NCBI GenBank assembly: GCA_963992075.1
Contig: CAXDSX010000001.1
Coordinates: forward strand, 1 to 45,898
Source: an uncultured Pseudomonadales bacterium
Lineage (GTDB): Bacteria; Pseudomonadota; Gammaproteobacteria; Pseudomonadales; Azotimanducaceae
DNA length: 45,898 nucleotides
Direction of reading: 5' to 3'
Shown: positions 27,708-36,913 of the stretch, piece after piece
Numbering within the stretch: position 1 is the stretch's first letter
How the letters are laid out: every line of letters starts with the position of its first letter
Translations under genes and position numbers: made by a program
Notes under the pieces: model-generated
The model's database searches: none
What the model was told of the DNA's origin: nothing
Seen by the model: the letters and a program-made list of their open reading frames with translations, nothing else

Positions 27708-29384
27708 ATGCCGCTTCTAACTCGCCGATGGATCGTCCGAACCTTCGTCACGATGGCAACGTTTTTCGCCATGGGTTTGACTGCAACCACCGAGAGCCCG
27801 ATAGATTTTGCTGGGACGGGCACGATAAAGGAACAACCGAAGTTCCTCAGCGTCGACGAAGCTTATCGGATGGACGTTTCGCTGTCGGATGACGGTCACG
27901 TCGACATAAGTTGGACGATGCCGCCTGGGTATTACCTGTATCGACATCGCTTCGCGTTTTCACTGGATTCAGGCGGCGCTCTGGGGCAGCCAATCATTCC
28001 GGCCGGTATCGAAAAAGTTGACGACTATTTCGGCGAAGTTGAGGTGTATTACGACGTGGTTAACGTCCGTATTCCGGTTGTCGAACAAACTGGCCCTTTG
28101 CGCATTGGTATTACGTACCAGGGGTGTGCTGATTACGGCTTATGTTATCCGCCCGAAACGCGGTGGCGTACGTTGGTTCCGGAAGGTTACACGTTGGAGG
28201 CGTTAACTGAGGGTGGGATAACGCCAACGAATGTGTCGATGTGGGTAGTCGTCGTGTCGGCGCTGCTTGCCGGGTTCCTGCTTAATTTAATGCCGTGTGT
28301 TTTTCCTGTCCTCGCCATCAAGGCCGTGAGCGTTCTCGACATCGCGCGAAGCGGGCGAGGACTCACCCATGCCCTCGGCTACGCGTCGGGCGTGGTGTCC
28401 ACGTTTCTGGTTCTCGGCGTGTTTTTGGCAACGTTACGAAGCGCAGGCGAAGCTGTTGGGTGGGGGTTTCAGCTGCAAGAACCGGGTTTCGTTTCCGCGA
28501 TGACTCTCTTGTTCTTCGCTATGGGCTTGAACTTGCTCGGCGTGCTTGAGCTGCCTGGTTTCGGGTTGGGCATGAGTAAACCGAGTGCCTTTCTGACCGG
28601 TATGATTGCCGTCGTGGTGGCGACGCCCTGCACCGTGCCGTTTATGGCGTCGGCGATGGGATACGGGTTGAGCCAAGGTACCGGCGCGTTGCTTGTTGTG
28701 ATGCTGGTGTTGGGTATAGGGATGGCAGCGCCGTACGTGTTGATCACAGGCTTTCCCGCGATAGCACATCGTCTTCCAAAGCCCGGCCCATGGATGGTCA
28801 CGATCAAACAGGCCATGGCATTCCCGATGTTTCTGACAGCGGTTTGGTTGATCTGGGTGTTGGCTCGACAATCCGGTGCCGACGCTGTTTCGCTGATATT
28901 AGCGGGTAGCGTCGGACTGGGTTTACTCAGTTGGCTTGGCGGCAATAACCAAGCACGTATAAGGCGGATATGGGGAGCGGGACTTGCCTTGGTCGTTGTC
29001 GTTGTATGGGGCGTTAACAGTGTGCCCGAAGAACTGACCCTAGCGGAAATGTCAGAAAACAGGTTCGACGAGGCGGCATTTGAGAAGGCACGTGCATCGG
29101 GTCGGCCTGTATTTTTAAATGTGACTGCATCGTGGTGTATCACGTGCTTAGCCAATGAGCGATCAACCCTAGCAACGAAGCGGGTTCAGGAGTATTTCAA
29201 GAATAATGGCATCGTTTACATCAAGGCGGACTGGACTCGACGAGAACCGTCTGTTTCTAACCTGTTAACAACATTTAACCGCTCTGGGGTGCCTCTTTAC
29301 GTATTTTTCCCGTCACGGAGCCAACCGAAAGTTCTCCCACAATTGCTAACACCGACCCTTCTCTTCAATGAAATCGAAGAGTAA
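27708..29384 (+). CDS. dsbD: Thiol:disulfide interchange protein DsbD
   Basis: All three DsbD modules are present: the alpha domain YQGCADYGLCYPP, TM-domain cysteines LMPCVFPVL and ATPCTVPF, and the C-terminal thioredoxin fold with WCITC. Confidence 0.9.
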   Translation: MPLLTRRWIVRTFVTMATFFAMGLTATTESPIDFAGTGTIKEQPKFLSVDEAYRMDVSLSDDGHVDISWTMPPGYYLYRHRFAFSLDSGGALGQPIIPAGIEKVDDYFGEVEVYYDVVNVRIPVVEQTGPLRIGITYQGCADYGLCYPPETRWRTLVPEGYTLEALTEGGITPTNVSMWVVVVSALLAGFLLNLMPCVFPVLAIKAVSVLDIARSGRGLTHALGYASGVVSTFLVLGVFLATLRSAGEAVGWGFQLQEPGFVSAMTLLFFAMGLNLLGVLELPGFGLGMSKPSAFLTGMIAVVVATPCTVPFMASAMGYGLSQGTGALLVVMLVLGIGMAAPYVLITGFPAIAHRLPKPGPWMVTIKQAMAFPMFLTAVWLIWVLARQSGADAVSLILAGSVGLGLLSWLGGNNQARIRRIWGAGLALVVVVVWGVNSVPEELTLAEMSENRFDEAAFEKARASGRPVFLNVTASWCITCLANERSTLATKRVQEYFKNNGIVYIKADWTRREPSVSNLLTTFNRSGVPLYVFFPSRSQPKVLPQLLTPTLLFNEIEE

Positions 29385-29485
29385 CAGCCCTTAAATGTTG
29401 TTAAATTCTTCGAATATGGTCTTAACTACGTGAATAAATCGAAAAGGCATGACATAATGCGATTTTCGAGGTGGATCGTCGTCGA

Positions 29486-29923
29486 ATGCCGAGAATAATG
29501 GTATTACATGGCCCCAATCTCAACTTATTGGGCACGCGAGAACCCGAAATATACGGTTCCGCCACGCTGGAAGATATCGACTCCGATCTACGAGAGCTTG
29601 CGGTTTTGAAAGGTGTAGAGATAACAACCTTTCAGAGCAATGCAGAATCGGCCCTCGTCGAGGCCATTCAACATGCGGCAAACGACGGTACGGGCTTTAT
29701 AGTGATCAATCCGGCGGCGTTAACGCACACGAGCGTTGCGCTTCGTGACGCATTACTGGCGGTGGATCTGCCATTTATCGAAGTTCACTTATCGAACGTC
29801 TATGCAAGAGAAGCGTTTCGCCAGCAGTCCTACCTCTCGGATATTGCGACAGCGGTCATATCGGGCTTGGGAGCTGCCGGTTACCAATACGCGCTGAGTG
29901 CTGCAATCGACGCGCTGGAGTAA
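29486..29923 (+). CDS. aroQ: Type II 3-dehydroquinate dehydratase
   Basis: [45 protein letters not shown] 29486 chosen (MPRIMVLHG). Confidence 0.9.
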   Translation: MPRIMVLHGPNLNLLGTREPEIYGSATLEDIDSDLRELAVLKGVEITTFQSNAESALVEAIQHAANDGTGFIVINPAALTHTSVALRDALLAVDLPFIEVHLSNVYAREAFRQQSYLSDIATAVISGLGAAGYQYALSAAIDALE

Positions 29924-30333
29924 TGATGGATCTGCGGAAGATAAAAAAGTTGATTGAGTTGGTGGAAGAGTCGGACGTCCGCGAGCTTGAGGTTAAGTCG
30001 GGTGAGGAAAGCATCCGTATTTCGCGTGGAGAGGTCGGCCGAGAAGCCAATCCGCAGGCACGCACCGACAAAGTTGTGTCGGCGCCGCCGCGCGTCGAAG
30101 GTCACGTCGTCGCTGCACCGATGGCGGGAACGTTCTACCGTTCGCCCGCACCCGGTGAGGGGGCGTTCGTCGCCGAGGGAGACACGGTGTCGGTGGGGCA
30201 AGTCCTCTGCATCATCGAGAGCATGAAGATGATGAATCAAATCGAGGCGGACTGCGAAGGAACCGTCGTCGAGATTCTCGTCGCCAACGGTCACGCGATC
30301 GAATCCGGTACGCCGTTGATGCGTATTCTCTGA
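29923..30333 (+). CDS. accB: Acetyl-CoA carboxylase biotin carboxyl carrier protein
   Basis: MDLRKIKKLIELVEESDV N-terminus almost identical to E. coli AccB, and a biotinyl-lysine block CIIESMKMMNQIEAD. Starts at ATG 29923 (overlapping the aroQ TAA) or ATG 29926. Confidence 0.92.
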   Translation: MMDLRKIKKLIELVEESDVRELEVKSGEESIRISRGEVGREANPQARTDKVVSAPPRVEGHVVAAPMAGTFYRSPAPGEGAFVAEGDTVSVGQVLCIIESMKMMNQIEADCEGTVVEILVANGHAIESGTPLMRIL

Positions 30334-30339
30334 CGTCCT

Positions 30340-31200
30340 TTGGCTTGGTTTCGTGTTCGGCTCAGCGCGGTTGCCCGTAAGCGCGCTGAACGGTTCGCTG
30401 ATGTTTTGGCAAATAACGGGGCGTTGGCAGTGTCGTTGCTTGGGAACGACTGTGGGGATGTGTTGGAACCCGATCCCGGCGAGCTGCGGTTGTGGGAGAA
30501 CGTTGCCGTAGAAGCCTTGTTCCCGATCGAGATCGATGTCGAGGGGATTCGACATCTCGTCCGAGCGGCTGACCTTGAAGTGGGGCAGCTTGATTTTCTC
30601 GGTGATGACGATTGGTCCGTTCACGGTAACGAGCCTGTTGGCGTCCTCGACTTCGGTGCGTTAGCAATAGTCCCACGCAACTTTCCGTACGACGATGAAG
30701 AGCAGGGGGTGATTCGGCTAGACCCGGGTCTTGCATTCGGTACCGGTCGGCATGCGACGACGGCTCTTTGCCTCCGTTGGCTGGGCGATGCGGACCTGCG
30801 TGACCGAAGTATTTTGGATTTTGGGTGTGGATCCGGTGTTTTAGCGATCGGTGCGGCTAAGCGCGGCGCTAAACGTGTTGTGGCCCTCGACCATGATCCG
30901 CAAGCGCTGTCTGCGTGCCGCGACAATGTTGATTACAACCAGGTCGTCGTGGAAGTCGGCGCTACGGCTGACACACATGCTGAAGGCTGTTTCGATGTAG
31001 TGATTTCGAACATTCTCGCCGGGACTTTGATCGAGGTGTCTTCAGTGCTACAGCAACGATTGGGACGCGAAAGCCAACTGCTGCTATCGGGAATACTCGT
31101 AAGCCAAGTCGATGAGATACGGGCGGCCTACGAAGGGATCATTTTTGCGCCACCGATGATCGAGGAGGGATGGGCCTTGCTCCAGGGCCGGCGAAGTTGA
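30340..31200 (+). CDS. prmA: Ribosomal protein L11 methyltransferase
   Basis: The TTG start gives M-AWFRVRL, paralleling E. coli MPWIQLKL. PGLAFGTGRHATT and the SAM motif DFGCGSGVLAI are present. Confidence 0.85.
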   Translation: MAWFRVRLSAVARKRAERFADVLANNGALAVSLLGNDCGDVLEPDPGELRLWENVAVEALFPIEIDVEGIRHLVRAADLEVGQLDFLGDDDWSVHGNEPVGVLDFGALAIVPRNFPYDDEEQGVIRLDPGLAFGTGRHATTALCLRWLGDADLRDRSILDFGCGSGVLAIGAAKRGAKRVVALDHDPQALSACRDNVDYNQVVVEVGATADTHAEGCFDVVISNILAGTLIEVSSVLQQRLGRESQLLLSGILVSQVDEIRAAYEGIIFAPPMIEEGWALLQGRRS

Positions 31201-31244
31201 GGCGGGTCGACAACGTCGCGTTTGTTAACACGTCGGTAATCGTT

Positions 31245-32252
31245 ATGATGGACGTTTCTAGCCATTGGTTTCTGCCGGTGGTCGCAGTCGGTCCCTACAA
31301 ATTTGCTAATTCAGTGCTGTTGGCGCCGATGGCCGGTATTACCGATTTGCCGTTTCGTCGTCTTGCGTGGCGGCTAGGAGCCGGCATGGTATACGGCGAA
31401 ATGACCGTTGCTCGTCCAGACCTTTGGAACACACGTAGGTCCATTGAGCGACGCAGGCTGGATAGTCGTATACAACCCGCCGCTGTCCAAATCGCAGGCG
31501 CTGAGCCGAAGTGGTTGGCGGATATAGCTAGACGGCACGTCGAAGACGGTGCTCAGATCATCGACATCAACATGGGTTGTCCGGCGAAGAAGGTGTGCAA
31601 CCAAGCGGCAGGGTCAGCGCTATTACGTGACGAATCCCTTGTGCGATCGATCCTTGAGGCGGTGACAGGAGCAGTCGACGTTCCTGTCACCCTAAAAATT
31701 CGGACCGGCTGGTGTCCCGACACAAAAAACGCAGTCGCCATTGCTCGGATCGCTGAAGCGTCGGGAGTATCCGCACTTACCGTACACGGGAGAACCAGGG
31801 CATGTCGTTTCAGGGGTAGTGCTGAGCATCGAACCGTGACCGATGTCGTTGCCTCGGTCGCCATTCCTGTGTTTGCCAACGGCGATATCAGTACCGTCAA
31901 TCAAGCGAAAACCATTATCGCGCGGACGGGTGCTGCAGGAGTCATGATTGGAAGATCCGCACTTGGAGCACCCTGGCTGCCAGGACAAATAGCCCAAGGC
32001 CTTGCTGGGGGCGAGCCGAGAGAACTCGATTTCGCAGCGCGCATCGACATCGTACGGGCGCACCTTGATGCGATGCACGGGTTTTACGGTATCGAACGCG
32101 GCGTCAAAATTGCCCGTAAACACGTGCAATGGTACTTGCAACGTCTCGATCTCGACGCTCAAACGATCAAATCATTTAACCGACTCGACCACCCAGATTT
32201 GCAGCAACGTTTCTTGGGCGAACTGAATCCAACTCTGGTCGAAGCCGCGTGA
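31245..32252 (+). CDS. dusB: tRNA-dihydrouridine synthase B
   Basis: LAPMAGITDLPFRRL, INMGCPAKKV, TVHGRTR, and a C-terminal helical domain. ATG 31245/31248 lies after the prmA stop. Confidence 0.87.
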   Translation: MMDVSSHWFLPVVAVGPYKFANSVLLAPMAGITDLPFRRLAWRLGAGMVYGEMTVARPDLWNTRRSIERRRLDSRIQPAAVQIAGAEPKWLADIARRHVEDGAQIIDINMGCPAKKVCNQAAGSALLRDESLVRSILEAVTGAVDVPVTLKIRTGWCPDTKNAVAIARIAEASGVSALTVHGRTRACRFRGSAEHRTVTDVVASVAIPVFANGDISTVNQAKTIIARTGAAGVMIGRSALGAPWLPGQIAQGLAGGEPRELDFAARIDIVRAHLDAMHGFYGIERGVKIARKHVQWYLQRLDLDAQTIKSFNRLDHPDLQQRFLGELNPTLVEAA

Positions 32253-32277
32253 TCGAATGGATGACAACAGGGACTGA

Positions 32278-33831
32278 ATGAACGACATGACACCACTGAC
32301 CGTCAGGCGTGCGCTCATAAGCGTCTCGGATAAACGCGACCTCGCGATGTTCGTCAATCAACTCCATCGGAGCGGCGTTGACATGCTCTCGACTGGGGGG
32401 ACTTATAAAACGATTAAAGATGCTGACGTTCCGGTAACCGAGGTAGCTCAATACACGGGCTTTCCCGAGATCATGGACGGACGTGTGAAGACGCTTCATC
32501 CAAAAATTCACGGGGGTATTTTAGGCCGGCGGTCTTTGGACGAAGAACTGATGAAGGATCACGGAATCGAGCCGATCGATCTCGTGGTCGTCAATCTTTA
32601 CCCGTTTGAAGCAACCATCGTACGCGACGATTGCGATCGCGAAATGGCGATCGAAAATATTGATATTGGTGGTCCGGCCATGGTGCGCTCGGCGGCAAAA
32701 AACCACGATGACGTCTTGGTGATCGTTGATCCGGACGATTACGTTGAAGTTGCCGATCGGATTGCAGAAGGCACTATTGATCTTTCGTTTCGCGAACAGA
32801 TGGCGGCGAAGGCGTTTCGACATACCGCCGGTTACGATGCCGCCATTGCGGGTTATATGTCGGCGAAAGAACCGTTTCCCGAGGTGTTGAACCTAAAATA
32901 CGAATTGCGTGACGCGATGCGATACGGGGAGAACCCGCATCAGCGGGCGGCTTTTTATACCGAGAAAAATCCTTCCCCAGGCACCGTTGCTGCGCTGCAG
33001 CAGCATCAAGGTAAAGCGCTTTCGTACAACAACGTGGCTGACACTGACGCGGCGATACAGTGCGCGGATGTGTTCGATGAACCAGCCTGCGTGATCGTTA
33101 AACATGCAAATCCATGCGGTGTTGCGATCGCCGACTCGATTGACAAGGCGTACGCGAGCGCGTTTGCAACCGATCCTACCTCGGCATTTGGAGGGATTAT
33201 TGCATTCAATCGATCCCTCGATAGAACCACGATGGCTGCGATTGCAGCGAATCAATTTGCCGAAGTTGTCGTCGCACCGACCATGGAGCCCGGTGTCCTT
33301 GACGAAGCGCAAAAGCGTAAGAATTTACGGGTTTTGACGACTGGTCGACACGAGACTGCAGGAAGGGGGATCGAGTTCAAGCGTGTGGGTGGTGGCATTC
33401 TCGTGCAGGACCCCGATGAAAGCTGCCTCGACGAGGCAGGTCTTAGTATCGTGACCACGCGAGCGCCGACAGAAGTCGAACAGCGTGACCTTGAGTTTGC
33501 TTGGCGAGTGGCGTGGTTCGTTAAGTCCAACGCCATTGTTTTTGCGCACGGGGGGCGGACCATAGGCGTAGGCGCGGGACAGATGAGTCGAGTGATAAGT
33601 GCAAGGATCGCGGCCATGAAAGCGATAGACGAAGGTCTAACCGTCAACAAATCCGTGATGGCGTCGGATGCGTTTTTTCCATTCCGTGACGGCATCGATG
33701 CTGCCGCGGAAGTCGGGATTACTGCCGTGATACAACCCGGTGGTTCGGTGCGAGACGATGAGGTCATTGAAGCGGCGAACGAACATGGCATGGCAATGGT
33801 GTTTACAGGCGTCCGGCACTTTCGACACTGA
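32278..33831 (+). CDS. purH: Bifunctional AICAR transformylase / IMP cyclohydrolase
   Basis: [44 protein letters not shown], and a C-terminal FTGVRHFRH. Confidence 0.96.
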   Translation: MNDMTPLTVRRALISVSDKRDLAMFVNQLHRSGVDMLSTGGTYKTIKDADVPVTEVAQYTGFPEIMDGRVKTLHPKIHGGILGRRSLDEELMKDHGIEPIDLVVVNLYPFEATIVRDDCDREMAIENIDIGGPAMVRSAAKNHDDVLVIVDPDDYVEVADRIAEGTIDLSFREQMAAKAFRHTAGYDAAIAGYMSAKEPFPEVLNLKYELRDAMRYGENPHQRAAFYTEKNPSPGTVAALQQHQGKALSYNNVADTDAAIQCADVFDEPACVIVKHANPCGVAIADSIDKAYASAFATDPTSAFGGIIAFNRSLDRTTMAAIAANQFAEVVVAPTMEPGVLDEAQKRKNLRVLTTGRHETAGRGIEFKRVGGGILVQDPDESCLDEAGLSIVTTRAPTEVEQRDLEFAWRVAWFVKSNAIVFAHGGRTIGVGAGQMSRVISARIAAMKAIDEGLTVNKSVMASDAFFPFRDGIDAAAEVGITAVIQPGGSVRDDEVIEAANEHGMAMVFTGVRHFRH

Positions 33832-33865
33832 TTGAATCGTAGGAAAGAATTAGGGGCTGGGACAC

Positions 33866-35155
33866 ATGAACGTATTGGTGGTTGGCGCCGGCGGTCGCGA
33901 ACACGCACTGGCATGGAAAGCATCGCAATCCACTCAGGTGGAGACTGTGTTTGTGGCGCCGGGAAATCCAGGAACCGCGGCCGAATCGGGGTGTCAGAAC
34001 GTTGATATCAGGGTGGATGATTTTACGGCTCTCGCGAACTTTGCCGTATCCAACGACGTTGAGTTGACCATTGTGGGCCCAGAAGGACCGTTGGTCGCGG
34101 GCATTCGGGATTTTTTCGACGCCCGGGGTCTTAGATGTTTTGCGCCGTCACAGCAGGCGGCGCAGCTCGAAGGTTCGAAAGCGTTTAGCAAGGAATTTCT
34201 CTCGCGGCACAACATTCCGACCGGGCGATACGAAACGTTTAGTTCGCTTGCCGACGCAGAAAGATACATCCATGCCGAAGGGGCACCGATCGTCATTAAA
34301 GCGGATGGGCTCGCGGCGGGCAAAGGGGTTGTTGTCGCCGCGACGGTGGACGAGGCAGTTGATGCAGCGCGCTCGATGCTTTCGGGTGAACGATTTGGGG
34401 ATGCGGGCAAGGAGATTGTGGTCGAAGAGTTTCTCGCGGGTGAGGAGGCGAGCTTTATTGTCGTGTCAGACGGGGAGGTAGCGCTACCGTTCGCGAGCAG
34501 TCAGGACCATAAGGCGCGAGACGTAGGTGACACAGGTCCGAACACGGGCGGTATGGGCGCATATTCCCCCGCGCCCGTGGTCAGCGACGATATTCACCAA
34601 CAAATTATGGCGACCATTATTGACCCGACGATCCAGGGCATGGACGCGGACGGGATTCGATACCAGGGATTTCTCTATGCGGGGTTGATGATCGATAACG
34701 AAGGCGTGGCGAAAGTGATCGAATTCAACTGTCGTTTCGGTGATCCAGAAGCTCAGCCTGTCATGATGCGGCTGGAATCGGATTTGGTGGAACTTTGTCA
34801 ACGTGCTCTGGACACGGAGTTGTCCACCGTTGAGTTGAGTTTCTCCGAGGAAGTAGCGCTGGGTGTGGTGTTGGCATCGGGTGGTTATCCAGGCGATTAC
34901 AAAACAGGACATGAAATTCGTGGGCTGGTTCAACACATGGATGGGACGAAATTGTTTCACGCCGGGACGCGCGCGGATGAAGCTCGCATCTTAACTGCTG
35001 GCGGTCGTGTGCTCTGCGTTGTAGGGATGGGGGGCTCCGTGGGAGAAGCTCAGGCGCGCGCGTATCGGCGAGTTGAAGGTATCGAGTGGAAGGATATGTT
35101 TTATCGTCGCGATATTGGCTATCGCGCTGTGCAACGAGAAACCGTTGAGCCATGA
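33866..35155 (+). CDS. purD: Phosphoribosylamine-glycine ligase
   Basis: MNVLVVGAGGREHALAWK, ADGLAAGKGV, the ATP-grasp block EFNCRFGDPE, GYPG. Confidence 0.96.
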   Translation: MNVLVVGAGGREHALAWKASQSTQVETVFVAPGNPGTAAESGCQNVDIRVDDFTALANFAVSNDVELTIVGPEGPLVAGIRDFFDARGLRCFAPSQQAAQLEGSKAFSKEFLSRHNIPTGRYETFSSLADAERYIHAEGAPIVIKADGLAAGKGVVVAATVDEAVDAARSMLSGERFGDAGKEIVVEEFLAGEEASFIVVSDGEVALPFASSQDHKARDVGDTGPNTGGMGAYSPAPVVSDDIHQQIMATIIDPTIQGMDADGIRYQGFLYAGLMIDNEGVAKVIEFNCRFGDPEAQPVMMRLESDLVELCQRALDTELSTVELSFSEEVALGVVLASGGYPGDYKTGHEIRGLVQHMDGTKLFHAGTRADEARILTAGGRVLCVVGMGGSVGEAQARAYRRVEGIEWKDMFYRRDIGYRAVQRETVEP

Positions 35156-35170
35156 AGCGTTGAGGTTGCG

Positions 35171-36175
35171 ATGAAAGTGGATGCGTCAACTGCCGTAGAT
35201 TTGCATAGGATCGGACGGCAAGCAGCACGGCTGGAAGCGCTCGGCTATGACGGGCTCCGGGTCGCTGAACTCAACCACGACCCCTTCATGGCGCTTGCTG
35301 TCGCTGCCGGACAGACCACCAAGATCGAACTCGTGACGTCGGTGGCCGTGGCATTTGCGCGGAACCCCATGTCCATGGCCGTCCAAGCACATGATCTCAA
35401 CGCTTATTCCGGGGGACGCTTGGTGCTGGGGTTAGGCTCGCAAGTCAAACCTCATATCGAACGCCGGTTCAGCATGCCCTGGCATAAAGCAGCGCGGCAG
35501 ATGCGCGAATTCATTGAGGCGATGAAGGCAATATTTGACTGCTGGTATGAAGGTGAACGGCTGGAGTATCAAGGTGAGTATTACCAGCACACGTTAATGC
35601 CAGCGACATTCACTCCGGACAACATCGAAGGCCCGCGCCCGCGCATCGCTTTGTCTGCCACCGGTCCGTTAATGACCCGCGTAGCTGCCGAGATCGCGGA
35701 TGGCATGATCATGCACCCGTTTTCATCCGAAAAATACATGCGCGAAGTCACGCTTCCCGCCGTTCAGGAAGGGTTAAGAACGAGCGGTCGCAGTTTAAGC
35801 GAATTCGAATTGGACTACGCGCCGTTGATCGCCACAGGGGTAGATGAAGAAACGGTCGTAAGAGCCGTCGCCAACGTAAGAGATCGCATTGCGTTTTACG
35901 GTTGTACTGTCGCTTACCGGCCGGTCCTTGAAATTCACGGCTGGGGAGAGCTTCAGGATGAACTCATCTCCCTCAATCGTCAGCATCGCCGTGACGAGAT
36001 GTCGCGTCTTATTTCAGACCAAGTGCTTGAAACACTGGCCATCGTTGGCGATCCTGAATCGGTGATTGACGAGATGCTTGAGCGCTTTGGCGGATTAATT
36101 AACCGGACCGGGTTTGCCGTTCCCAATCTGGATGATGATGAGCTGGGGTTGATGTTGGAACGACTTCGGAGTTGA
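35171..36175 (+). CDS. LLM-class (luciferase-like) flavin/F420-dependent oxidoreductase
   Basis: TIM-barrel LLM pattern: LGYDGLRVAELNHDPF, VAVAFARNPMSMA, GGRLVLGLGSQVKPHIERRF. GAGG SD upstream of ATG 35171. Confidence 0.78.
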   Translation: MKVDASTAVDLHRIGRQAARLEALGYDGLRVAELNHDPFMALAVAAGQTTKIELVTSVAVAFARNPMSMAVQAHDLNAYSGGRLVLGLGSQVKPHIERRFSMPWHKAARQMREFIEAMKAIFDCWYEGERLEYQGEYYQHTLMPATFTPDNIEGPRPRIALSATGPLMTRVAAEIADGMIMHPFSSEKYMREVTLPAVQEGLRTSGRSLSEFELDYAPLIATGVDEETVVRAVANVRDRIAFYGCTVAYRPVLEIHGWGELQDELISLNRQHRRDEMSRLISDQVLETLAIVGDPESVIDEMLERFGGLINRTGFAVPNLDDDELGLMLERLRS

Positions 36176-36298
36176 GCTTCGTGAAAAGAAGCAAGCCCCA
36201 TCACCTCCGAGGGGATGGTCAGAGCGACGCAGACCTATGTATTCTTCGGTACACGAGACAGGGCTTTTATTTCGCATGAACCCTCCGGAAGAGTAGGC

Positions 36299-36913
36299 AT
36301 GATTGACCGTCTGATTCGTGTATTTGATCGGGGATTAAGGACTATTACGGGTATCCATCCGTTAACCGACGATATTCCGGACGCCCCATCAACGAACCTT
36401 TCCGGCCCCGAAAAACGGCGAGCGGGTTCGCTGATGCGCGTTAATCACACTGGCGAGGTATGTGCCCAGGCTCTTTATGAAGGCCAGGCATTGACGGCCC
36501 GTAATGCAAGCGTCCGATCGGCTATGCAACAAGCGGCGCAAGAAGAGGTTGCGCACCTTGTATGGTGTCGTAAGCGACTTCAAGAATTGGATGCGAGCCC
36601 GAGTGTGTTGGATCCAATTTTCTTTGCGACATCGTGTGCGATGGGGGCGTTGGCCGGTGCGCTTGGGGATCGGGTCAGTCTTGGATTTATTGCAGCAACG
36701 GAGGATCAGGTGGTCGAACACCTGGATCGGCACATCGATCGATTACCGCAAGGCGATGGTCGCAGTCGTGCGATTCTCGAGCGAATGCGTGAAGACGAGC
36801 TTCGCCATGGGACGTCGGCCGAGAAGGCGGGTGGGTTGCCTTTTCCGATGCCGTTACGCCGCCTTATGGCCTCGGTTTCTCGAATCATGACGGAGACCAC
36901 CTACCGGATTTGA
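36299..36913 (+). CDS. coq7: Demethoxyubiquinone hydroxylase (di-iron carboxylate Coq7)
   Basis: RVNHTGEVCAQALYEGQ, EEVAHL, EDELRHG repeated EXXH di-iron motifs. About 204 aa from ATG 36299. Confidence 0.85.
   Translation: MIDRLIRVFDRGLRTITGIHPLTDDIPDAPSTNLSGPEKRRAGSLMRVNHTGEVCAQALYEGQALTARNASVRSAMQQAAQEEVAHLVWCRKRLQELDASPSVLDPIFFATSCAMGALAGALGDRVSLGFIAATEDQVVEHLDRHIDRLPQGDGRSRAILERMREDELRHGTSAEKAGGLPFPMPLRRLMASVSRIMTETTYRI

Noticed and set aside
28469-29155. Long antisense ORFs inside well-supported genes: 228 aa opposite dsbD here, 247 aa at 29881..30624 opposite accB/prmA, 223 aa at 33252..33923 opposite purH, and 165 aa at 14877..15374 within srkA.
   Set aside because: Each is fully embedded in a gene with strong family motifs on the other strand or frame. 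Their translations are low-complexity (Arg/Ser/Pro/Ala-rich) with no recognisable motifs. This is the expected by-product of moderately GC-rich coding sequence.
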